NCBI GenBank assembly: GCA_017397655.1
Contig: JAFQIG010000056.1
Span: 6,306 to 70,305, forward strand
DNA length: 64,000 nucleotides
Source: Clostridia bacterium
Lineage (GTDB): Bacteria > Bacillota > Clostridia > Oscillospirales > Acutalibacteraceae
Direction of reading: 5' to 3'
Shown: piece after piece, positions 47,606 to 56,495 of the stretch
Position numbering within the stretch: position 1 is the stretch's first letter
How the letters are laid out: each line of letters opens with the position of its first letter
Translations under genes and position numbers: made by a program
The notes under the pieces: model-generated
Databases searched by the model: none
The model's input: the letters and a program-made list of their open reading frames with translations, nothing else
What the model was told of the DNA's origin: nothing

Positions 47606-48472
47606 ATGAAAAAAACATTTTCAAAAGCGCTCGATAAGTTTAATAGTTTGAATAACTTTTGTAAATCCATGATTATTCTATCAATTATTGTTGTATCAGG
47701 CATAATCGTTTCTACATGTATGATTTTATCGAGAAACAACGTATACATTAAAGCAGAAGAACGCGAAACCGATGTTGCGCAGTCTGACGTTTCCGTTCTT
47801 GAAACGATGCCCACAGATATAGAAAAGATCGCCGAGACAACAGAAACAACCCATATAACAGAATTAACTGAACATCCTGTCATCGATGATCAAACAACTT
47901 CAAATTCTTGGAAAAGAACCTACAAAGAATACCTTTTGAACATATGTTCAAGTGATCCTCGTGCCTCTTATCTCAACTTTATTCTGCGTTATATCGATAA
48001 CGATGATATTCCTGAACTTTTGATAAGTAGTGGTGATTTTCATAATTCTACAGTCACAATCGTTACCTACTCAAACGGGGAGCTTAATGAATATGACGGA
48101 TTGGGATCATATGGCGAACTCTACTTTGAAGAACGATCGAATCAATTTTTCGCAACATATTCGGGTATGGGCGTTTTTGATTTAACTTGTTATTATATCA
48201 ACAACGGTACTATTGTAAAGGATTTTCAACTTTCATATAGCGATCCCGAGGTTGTAGACTTAGATCTTGAAAAAATCTTTCACTATAATAATAAACTAAT
48301 TTCAGAAAGCGACTTTGTTCGTATTTATAATGAAAAAATCCCCGATTGGTATGCAACAATTGAAGTCTATAATGATGCGTGGGGCGTCCAACCTTTGGAT
48401 AATAACACTTTTACTACCTACACAAAATTAACCGAAGAAAACGTTAGAATTATTTTGGATCCCCTTAAATAA
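47606..48472 (+). CDS. Hypothetical membrane-anchored protein
   Basis: 288 aa with a TM at residues ~22-42. No family recognised. Confidence 0.5.
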   Translation: MKKTFSKALDKFNSLNNFCKSMIILSIIVVSGIIVSTCMILSRNNVYIKAEERETDVAQSDVSVLETMPTDIEKIAETTETTHITELTEHPVIDDQTTSNSWKRTYKEYLLNICSSDPRASYLNFILRYIDNDDIPELLISSGDFHNSTVTIVTYSNGELNEYDGLGSYGELYFEERSNQFFATYSGMGVFDLTCYYINNGTIVKDFQLSYSDPEVVDLDLEKIFHYNNKLISESDFVRIYNEKIPDWYATIEVYNDAWGVQPLDNNTFTTYTKLTEENVRIILDPLK

Positions 48473-48590
48473 ATCAAGGCTGATCAAAAAATACAAATAT
48501 TCAATCAAAAATTACAACTTTACCTCTTTCTCTGTGTGATGTGCTATTGTATGGATGTCAACAAAACACAGACGAAAGAGGTAATTTATT

Positions 48591-48773
48591 ATGAAAAAAG
48601 TTTTTATCTTCCTTACAATTTCGCTCATTCTTACATCCTTTACAAATAAGTACGAAGAAAAAAAGACAGAGAACTTTACACAGACAACAACATCCTGCAC
48701 AACAATTGATCTTACCTCCTCCGAATATGATCAATTTTTTGAAGATTACGAAAACAGTCTTGTTGCCGAATAA
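48591..48773 (+). CDS. Small hypothetical secreted protein
   Basis: 60 aa with an AAGAGG RBS and a signal-like N-terminus. Confidence 0.35.
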   Translation: MKKVFIFLTISLILTSFTNKYEEKKTENFTQTTTSCTTIDLTSSEYDQFFEDYENSLVAE

Positions 48774-48810
48774 AAAACTGACTCCGTTTTCACGAAGTCA
48801 GCAAACTGTT

Positions 48811-48925
48811 GATAAAGGCAACGGGAACACGCACATTATTACAAAGAGCCTTCGGATAACACGGGGGTTTTGAGATAATCAAGCCTAAGCTGTCATCCTG
48901 AAGCGAAGAATCTTAATAATAGTTT
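48811..48925 (+). repeat. Interspersed non-coding element, copy B (partner 37690-37800 on -)
   Basis: See copy A. Confidence 0.7.
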
Positions 48926-48929
48926 TTGT

Positions 48930-49937
48930 TCAGTTGAGTAACGATTTCATTATGGTGAGGTCGGTGGAATTGACGATTCCGTCACCGTTGAGGTCGGCGG
49001 CTTTTTTGTTTATGTCGGAGTATTCGGAGTCGCTGCCTGTGATGATGTCACGCATTGCAGAAAAGTCCTCGGCAGAGACAGCCGCACCGTCTCCGTTTAT
49101 GTCACCGTCAATTATTACGGTGTAGGTGTTATCGATAAGTCCGTATTCTCTGTTGATAAGCTCGATTGTCGTACCTGTCGTGATAACATCGTCACTTATC
49201 TCCATAATCGCATCACCGTCTACCGATACATAATCCCTTACCGTCTCTTTCGTCAGTCCCGACGGCAAGCCTCTGACATTCAACTCCTCATCAATCGTTG
49301 CCGTCTTTGATGTCAAGTGCGATTCGTCGATAAAATGAATGTCTGTGTATCCCTCGTAAAAGTCATTCCATTTGAGCAAATACTTATGGATTTCGGAATT
49401 CTCATAGCAATAAACATTTTCACATATTTGTGAGTTAATAATCGTGCCAACAAATGTCGTTACATTTTTTCCTATTACAATATTTTCGACATCATAAATG
49501 CCCCATTTTTCTATGTTTTCTACATTATTGCCAATAATGAGGGTTTTTAGTTCTACTTCGTGCCACGGACCGTGAGTGTCAAGTTCAAAAGCACTTTTAG
49601 CAATTGTTGTAACAGGTACACCGTCTATTTCATCGGGAATACGTAAAACTTCTTTATTGCAACTAAACAAATAGCCATAGTTAAAGATATAATCATACAC
49701 CTTGAAGCCGGTAATAACGATTTCCGTTCCGTCATTAATGTAGTGACCGGAAAAGTCATCACTCGGAATGCTGTTTCTCTCGGCAAGCACTTTCTGGACA
49801 TATATCATATCTTCTGCCGTTCCGCTTGCAGAAACACCCTGTTCCGTATCATTATCGGTTATAATCGAAGTGGGAATACCTATGCTGATAAAAAAACTCA
49901 TTATGAGGGACAGTATCTTTTGAAAAAGCTTTATCAT
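48930..49937 (-). CDS. Secreted LRR(BspA-like)-dockerin protein
   Basis: ATG at 49937 after a GGGAGG RBS; signal peptide; IPDEIDGVPVTTIAKSAFE LRR_5-like unit. The C-terminus is a type I dockerin (DGDINGDG...DLNGDGIVNSTDLTIMKSLL). Confidence 0.85.
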   Translation of the reverse strand: MIKLFQKILSLIMSFFISIGIPTSIITDNDTEQGVSASGTAEDMIYVQKVLAERNSIPSDDFSGHYINDGTEIVITGFKVYDYIFNYGYLFSCNKEVLRIPDEIDGVPVTTIAKSAFELDTHGPWHEVELKTLIIGNNVENIEKWGIYDVENIVIGKNVTTFVGTIINSQICENVYCYENSEIHKYLLKWNDFYEGYTDIHFIDESHLTSKTATIDEELNVRGLPSGLTKETVRDYVSVDGDAIMEISDDVITTGTTIELINREYGLIDNTYTVIIDGDINGDGAAVSAEDFSAMRDIITGSDSEYSDINKKAADLNGDGIVNSTDLTIMKSLLN

Positions 49938-50038
49938 TGTCAAAACCTCCCATTTATTTCTGTTTTTATTGTAACATAAATATTTCTTTTTTACAATAGT
50001 AAATCGCCCTTGCTATGTGGTACAGCAAGGGCGATTGT

Positions 50039-51244
50039 TCAGTTAAGTAACGATTTCATTATGGTGAGGTCGGTGGAATTTACGATACCGTCACCGTTGA
50101 GGTCGGCGGCTTTTTTGTTAATGTCGGAGTACTCGGAGTCGCTGCCTGTGATGATGTCACGCATTGCGGTGAAGTCCTCGGCAGAGACAGCCGCACCGTC
50201 TCCGTTTATGTCACCGTCTACGACCGCCGTATATGTTTTGTATACAAATTCGGGATCGGCGTTGACAAGTTCTATTTTTGTACCGGTTTTTACAACTTCG
50301 TCCGAAACTCTGATTTCTGCTTCTCCTTCAACTTTGAGATATGATTTTAAATCATTTTCAGTCAGTCCGCCTTGAAGTCCCGATATTACATAATCCTCAC
50401 TTATGTCAACCGTTTCCGAAGTCAGATATGCGTTCTCGATCAGGTGATATTCGTTATTGATCTCTCCGCTTTTAAGCTTTTGATGTATTGTGGAGTTTTC
50501 ATAACAGTAGACGATACATTCCGAATTTATTATATTTTCTTCTCCAAAATTCAATTCGGCACTTAAAACAACAAGTTTTTTTGCGTTTACGATATTTCCA
50601 CCCCAAAACTTCAACCCTTTCGGGATAACGAATGTATTCGTGTTTCTGATTCCTCCGAAACAATACGAATCTATATACTCGATTGATTCTGGCATTTGAG
50701 GTATATATGTACTATTAAAATAATCACCGAACGCCAAAGACGAACCTTTTATAACACGCAAATTATTATTCAACTCGATCTCGTTCAAAAAATAACAACA
50801 TTCAAATGCACCTTGTTCTATAATCTCGACATTCTTACCTAACTCTATACTTTCAATATGACTGTCAAGGAAAGCACAACGTCCTATATATCGAACATTG
50901 TCACCGATTTTAACAGACTTTATAAAATCAAGAGAGTTGGAACCGCCTTCATTAAAGAACGCCGTATCGCAGATTGTTGTTACAGGATAGCCGTTAATTT
51001 CATCAGGTATCATGATGTGTTCAACTTTACTGTATCCGCTTTCTTCAGAAAATTTTAATCCTTTTACGAATACTTCCGAATTTGATGAACCGCCGATAAA
51101 AACATCCAAATACTCATGGTCTACCAGTGTTTCAGAAGATATACCGACAGTAGGTGTCTCGATAATTGAATCATTACAAATCGTTGCATTTGGCATAAGC
51201 AGAACAAGAAAATATAAAAGAATTTTCTTAATAAACGCAAACAT
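50039..51244 (-). CDS. Secreted LRR(BspA-like)-dockerin protein
   Basis: ATG at 51244 (MFAFIKKILLYFLVLLMPNA) after an AGGTGA RBS. Several LRR_5 units and the same dockerin module. Confidence 0.85.
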   Translation of the reverse strand: MFAFIKKILLYFLVLLMPNATICNDSIIETPTVGISSETLVDHEYLDVFIGGSSNSEVFVKGLKFSEESGYSKVEHIMIPDEINGYPVTTICDTAFFNEGGSNSLDFIKSVKIGDNVRYIGRCAFLDSHIESIELGKNVEIIEQGAFECCYFLNEIELNNNLRVIKGSSLAFGDYFNSTYIPQMPESIEYIDSYCFGGIRNTNTFVIPKGLKFWGGNIVNAKKLVVLSAELNFGEENIINSECIVYCYENSTIHQKLKSGEINNEYHLIENAYLTSETVDISEDYVISGLQGGLTENDLKSYLKVEGEAEIRVSDEVVKTGTKIELVNADPEFVYKTYTAVVDGDINGDGAAVSAEDFTAMRDIITGSDSEYSDINKKAADLNGDGIVNSTDLTIMKSLLN

Positions 51245-51341
51245 AATATCACCTGATAATGTTAAAATATTATTATAATTATAGTATAAACAAATACTAT
51301 AAGTCAAGTAATACTTTTAAACTCCATACACATACATACTT

Positions 51342-53270
51342 TTAAACTCCATACCCATATTCTTCAGTTTTTTTATAGTGGGCATCGTGATAATCTGTAA
51401 AATAAATATTGTTGTAAGAAACAAATCTGTTTTTTGATGCAAGAGCATTTGTAGCACTTATTACGTCTTCTGAATTGACCTCACCATCCCAAGCCGGATC
51501 TGTAATCGTTGCCTCACTATCCCAATTTTGCATTATTTTAGAATTTCTCAAAACAAACCTAAAACCTACGAACATACATTTTTTTACAGTGCAAAAGATA
51601 TGAGAACCGCCTTCTGTATAATATTCATTCATAATAGCAGAATTGATTGTATATGGAGCATTGTTAATAAAGTTACAATTTCTAAATGACCAATGCATAT
51701 AAATTCTACGATTACTTCCAAATGAAAAAAACACGCCGTTTCTATATATATCTCTCAACTCATCAATCTCTGAAGCACTGTTGGGTATAGGGGAGAATAT
51801 AAAATCGCAAAAAGCAAACTCAACAAAACTAAGAACGCCTTTTGTGTGCGCAGGTAATGCTTCGTACGTTTTCGCTTTTGTATAGTCAATAACGATGTCA
51901 TTTATTTTAAATGTACAATCCTTAATCAACATATTATCGTTTTCAACATTTCTACTATTGCCAACAGTAAAAAACTTATGATGAAAATCGAAGTGGCAAT
52001 TCTTGATAACCAGATCGTTAACATAGTAGTTTGGTGAACCGCTCTTGTTTGATGGGATATTAAAAGCACCGCCGGCACTTGTATAATCGGGATGTCCGGA
52101 AAAACTGCAGTTTGTCACTACGACATTTTTTACACCTGCAAAAACAAGTCCGCAATATCTGACGTTGGTTGCGATTATATTCTCTATAACACAATTGTGC
52201 GTATTGTGACCGACATTAACTGCACAATAACAGTTGTCTATAATAATGTTTTTGATGACGAGAGAATCACTTTCCCTGATATCGTCGGTAGCTTCATCCG
52301 CCCAGTTTCTTTGTATTGCAGTACCCTCACCTGCATTAAGAAGTGTGAGATTTTCAAACGTGTAGTTGTTAATTGATCTTGAGGCATATATACAATGATT
52401 ACCGTGTCCTTCGTTATAAATATTCCAATCACAGGAGATGTATGAATCAACAAGATATCCACCGGTAACAAAGGAATACTCAATACCGGTAATCACTTTT
52501 TCGATATGGAGATTTTCCAGTCGGATATTTGCATTTGACGATGTAATATCCATGCCGTAGTTTGCGTTTTCCATTGTAACGTCGTGAATATGAATGTTGT
52601 TACAATCTGCAATATAAAAACACTTGTTATAAGTACTGTTGTTTCCTGTCGTAAGACAATGATACAGTCTGATATCCTTTACCTCAATATCGGAAACACC
52701 ACTCATATAGATCAAAGTGCTTTCATCTGTACCATTAGCAAGTGTCTGCAACGGCATAAGCATGGCGCCGCAACCGTTGAGCACTTTTCCCGATGGTATA
52801 TTAATCTTAGCGGAGATGCAATAACATTTACCGTGTGTCAGGCGAACCTCTTTGACATCTTCATGACTTAAAGCATCATCAATAATGCCTATTCTTGTAA
52901 TAATATTATTATCACGTATTGTACTATTATTATCTGTCTTGCCCGAGTTTGCGGCGACAAGTGAAGTGCCGTAATCGTGAACTTTTTTGATGGGTGGCTC
53001 TACCGGTGTGTTATGCGATTCCAAATACTCCTCAAATGTTATCGGAAACGCACCGTCACCTTTAGCGCCGAGCTGATCGATGTTGACTGTACCGTTTTCG
53101 ATAATCATAACGGCTTTGAGCTGCTTATCTGCTGTATTGACAAGCGTGTGCTCGAAATGAGAGCTCTCATCAGCGAGACCCTGTTCCACCTTGAAACGTG
53201 CACCGCCGCCGTCATCGACAGCGTAATATCCGAGCGTTACAATCTCATCGCCAACGTTGAAGTGTTTCTT
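51342..53270 (-). pseudogene. 5'-truncated paralog of the beta-helix genes (may still be expressed from GTG 53189)
   Basis: The frame is open to 53270 (..KKHFNVGDEIVTLGYYAVDDGGGARFKVEQ..) and is homologous to residues ~23 onward of the two upstream paralogs. It has no ATG or RBS, and the missing 5' end is replaced by the terminator of the dockerin gene. Confidence 0.55.
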
Positions 53271-53276
53271 TTACTT

Positions 53277-53328
53277 TACAAAAAATCCTTCGCTTTCACG
53301 GTAGTGTTCCGAGCATAGCGAAGGATTT
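53277..53328 (-). terminator. Intrinsic terminator of the dockerin gene 53333-54370
   Basis: AAAUCCUUCGCU-22 nt-AGCGAAGGAUUU followed by UUUUG. Confidence 0.65.
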
Positions 53329-53332
53329 TCAT

Positions 53333-54370
53333 TTAGTTGAGTAACGATTTCATTATGGTGAGGTCGGTGGAGTTTACGATACCGTCACCGTTGAGGTCGG
53401 CGGCTTTTTTGTTAATGTCGGAGTATTCGGAATCGCTTCCCGTGATGATGTCACGCATTGCGGAAAAGTCCTCGGCTTCGCCTGTCAACCCGTCTCCGTT
53501 TATGTCTCCGTCAATTATTACGGTGTAGGTGTTGTCGATAAGTTCGTACTCTCTGTTGATAAGCTCGATCGTTGTACCTGTTGTAATGACATCGTCACTT
53601 ATCTCCATGATCGCATCACCGTCTACGGAAACATAGTCCTTTACCGTCTCTTTCGTCAGTCCCGACGGCAAGCCTCTGACATTCAACTCATCATCAATTG
53701 TTGCCGTGTTTGATGTCAGATGTGATTCGTCGATGATAAATATTTCTGCATTTTCATAGTTTTGTTTTATCGAAAAGTTGTATATTTCGGAGTCTTTATA
53801 GCAAAACAGCTTCTGTCCCATTTTCCAACCGAAATTCGGTTGCTCCTCATCTATATACATCAGCTCATCATTCAGATGAAAAGGAGATACATTTTTGCCT
53901 GCTATAACATTGGGTATGTCCACAACGCCCAAATACTCTATTGTTTTAATATTGTTACCCAAAACAATAGTGTGCGGTTTAATATCGGTAGCAATCGTTC
54001 CCGCAAACCCCCATTCAAAGGCGCTTTCAGCAATTGTCGTAACAGGAATACCATCTATTTCGTCAGGAATCCTAATATTATAGTTTTTGTTAAAAAATTC
54101 ATAACCGTCATACCCATTTGCATCATATGACTCTGCGCGGAAACCTCTGATTACAATTTCTGTACCGTCATTTATATAATAGCCACCAAATTCATCACTT
54201 GGAATCTGATTCCAATAATCAAGCATTTGTTGCTCATATATTATCCCCGGATCAATATCCGGATCATAGTAGATCATATTATTCTCTGTTTCTATTACAC
54301 TTGCAGAAATATTAACACTCATAAAAATACTCATTATGAGGGACAGTATCTTTTGAAAAAGCTTTATCAT
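53333..54370 (-). CDS. Secreted LRR(BspA-like)-dockerin protein (paralog of 48930-49937)
   Basis: Same signal peptide (MIKLFQKILSLIMS) and near-identical C-terminal ~115 aa including the dockerin. Has its own TTGTAA-17-TATAAT promoter at ~54395-54425. Confidence 0.85.
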   Translation of the reverse strand: MIKLFQKILSLIMSIFMSVNISASVIETENNMIYYDPDIDPGIIYEQQMLDYWNQIPSDEFGGYYINDGTEIVIRGFRAESYDANGYDGYEFFNKNYNIRIPDEIDGIPVTTIAESAFEWGFAGTIATDIKPHTIVLGNNIKTIEYLGVVDIPNVIAGKNVSPFHLNDELMYIDEEQPNFGWKMGQKLFCYKDSEIYNFSIKQNYENAEIFIIDESHLTSNTATIDDELNVRGLPSGLTKETVKDYVSVDGDAIMEISDDVITTGTTIELINREYELIDNTYTVIIDGDINGDGLTGEAEDFSAMRDIITGSDSEYSDINKKAADLNGDGIVNSTDLTIMKSLLN

Positions 54371-54435
54371 TGTCAAAACCTCCCATAATTTATATTTTTA
54401 TTATAACATAAATATTTCTTTTTTACAATAGTTTC

Positions 54436-54472
54436 GGGTCGGATATTTACGACTATCGGAAATATCCGACCC
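54436..54472 (-). terminator. Hairpin/terminator after the beta-helix gene 54480-56435
   Basis: GGGUCGGAUAUUU-11 nt-AAAUAUCCGACCC, a 13-bp perfect stem; weak U-tract. Confidence 0.55.
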
Positions 54473-54479
54473 TGTCAAA

Positions 54480-56435
54480 TCAGATGCCGAAATCGACACC
54501 CTTTACATAGTGGGTGGTGTTGAATCCGTCAATAATTTCGTTATATTGATGAATGTTATTGATTGCTATGAAGCGCTGTTTGTTATTCATAGCATTAACA
54601 GCAGTATCGACAGACACATTATTACCGGCTCCCGGCGGATAAAAACACGGGTTGGTATCACTGCTTTTGTCATCACCTGTAGTTGAAACACGTATAGTCC
54701 AACGAAAATTGACAAGAGTACAGTTTTTCATTGTACAGTGAACTTTCTTAGTAACAACATTATTATACATTTCATCGGACATCGAATTGCTTAGAACAGG
54801 ACTGTTAACCGTTACACTACCGTTATTAATGAATTTACAACGATCAAATGTCCAATGCATCTCTTTATTACGGTCACTGGTAAAATAGAAAAAAACACCG
54901 TTTTGACTGTGACTGTCATTAAAAAAGCGTTCTGCTTCAAACACACATTTAATAAAGGTTACGTTTGAAACAATTCCCTTAACCAGCGCAGGTGTTGAAG
55001 CTTGTGCCATCTGAGGCGAGAATATATGGAAATAACAGTTCTTTACTATTAAACTATCACCGAATAAAATTCTGCTACTTCCAATCGAAATAAATTTACG
55101 GTTAAAATCAAATTTGCAATTATCAACAATAACATTTTTAATATAATCCAATTCTTTAGAGTCACTCGGAACGGATATTCCACAAGCGGCTTCGTCCATG
55201 CTTTTGAAAGAACAGTTGGTGATAAGTACATCTTCCGCACCGCAAAGTGCAATACCTGATTCCATGACGTTGGTTGCAATGATATTTTTAAAGACACTAT
55301 TACGTGTTCTTTTACCGACATGAACAGCACAGTCACAGTTGTCAATAATAATATTGCTAAACAACAGGTTTTCTCCGAAATAATCAAATGAATCAAGTGC
55401 CTCGTTGCGGTTTATAGCATTACCTTTACCGGCATTACGCAATGTAAGATTTTTGAATACACAATCCTTCATTGCTCCGCCGGCGTAAATGCAATGCTTG
55501 CCGTTTGCTTTATCCGCAGAGAGAAGAAGATTGTAATCACATGAAATATATGAATCGCTTATCAAGCTGTTCATTATATCTCCGATCTCCAAGCCTGTGT
55601 AAACATCTAATATATGCACATTACGGATTGAAACGGTGTTGTAATCAGTACCTTTTTTGCTTGCTGTAGATTTAATTCCTACATGAGAACGTTCGATAGT
55701 AACATCGTGAATATCAACGTTTCTGCAATGCTGAATATAGATTGCTCTGTACGTATAGTCATCGCTGATAAATGCGTTATGGATAAGTCGTACATTCATA
55801 ATTTCGATATTCTCATTAAATGCAGTACCGCTGTTGCGACAATTAATGAGATAGTGTAACCCTGATAGTGGAGTTGTGTTAATATACATTATTGTGGCAC
55901 TGTTTCCGTCAAGAACCTTGTTGCTCTGCATATTGATGGTCGATTTTGTTCCGTAGATTTTGCCTGCGGTAAGACGAATGCAATGCACCTCCGAATTTGA
56001 AATCGCTTCATTGAAAAACTTTGCATTATCTGTTGCTGTAATAGCAACCTCGTTTTCATCCAGATACTCGGAACTGCCGTTATTGATATTAAGCGTTTTT
56101 ATGGTTCTCATATCACAGCTTTCCGGATTGCTATACGAATCATTAAATGATAACGGCAGAACCGCATCACCTTTAGCACCGAGCTGATCAATATTGACCG
56201 TGCCGTCCTCGATGATCATAACGGCTTTGATCTGCTTATCTGCTGTATTGACAAGCGTGTACTCGAAATGAGAGCTCTCAGCAGCGAGATCCTGTTTCAC
56301 TCTGAAGCGTGCACCGCCACCATCTCCGCTGCTGTAATAGCCGTGTGTAACAATTTCATCACCCGGCTTGATGTCGGTTATTGTCTGTGAAATTGTACCT
56401 AAATCGGCAGTTGCAGCTATTGTATAAACTGACAT
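54480..56435 (-). CDS. Right-handed beta-helix protein (pectate-lyase-3-like), no signal peptide
   Basis: 651 aa with an AAGGAGG RBS. N-terminal GDEIVTHGYYSSGDGGGARF...VNIDQLGAKGD, then many beta-helix rungs (..VFKNIIATNV.., ..VLITNCSF.., ..VIVDNCKF..). Confidence 0.8.
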   Translation of the reverse strand: MSVYTIAATADLGTISQTITDIKPGDEIVTHGYYSSGDGGGARFRVKQDLAAESSHFEYTLVNTADKQIKAVMIIEDGTVNIDQLGAKGDAVLPLSFNDSYSNPESCDMRTIKTLNINNGSSEYLDENEVAITATDNAKFFNEAISNSEVHCIRLTAGKIYGTKSTINMQSNKVLDGNSATIMYINTTPLSGLHYLINCRNSGTAFNENIEIMNVRLIHNAFISDDYTYRAIYIQHCRNVDIHDVTIERSHVGIKSTASKKGTDYNTVSIRNVHILDVYTGLEIGDIMNSLISDSYISCDYNLLLSADKANGKHCIYAGGAMKDCVFKNLTLRNAGKGNAINRNEALDSFDYFGENLLFSNIIIDNCDCAVHVGKRTRNSVFKNIIATNVMESGIALCGAEDVLITNCSFKSMDEAACGISVPSDSKELDYIKNVIVDNCKFDFNRKFISIGSSRILFGDSLIVKNCYFHIFSPQMAQASTPALVKGIVSNVTFIKCVFEAERFFNDSHSQNGVFFYFTSDRNKEMHWTFDRCKFINNGSVTVNSPVLSNSMSDEMYNNVVTKKVHCTMKNCTLVNFRWTIRVSTTGDDKSSDTNPCFYPPGAGNNVSVDTAVNAMNNKQRFIAINNIHQYNEIIDGFNTTHYVKGVDFGI

Positions 56436-56495
56436 TAATTTTTCCTCCTTTACTTTTTATGCGGTGAGTGACCTTTCGGACACCCACCGTTTTTA

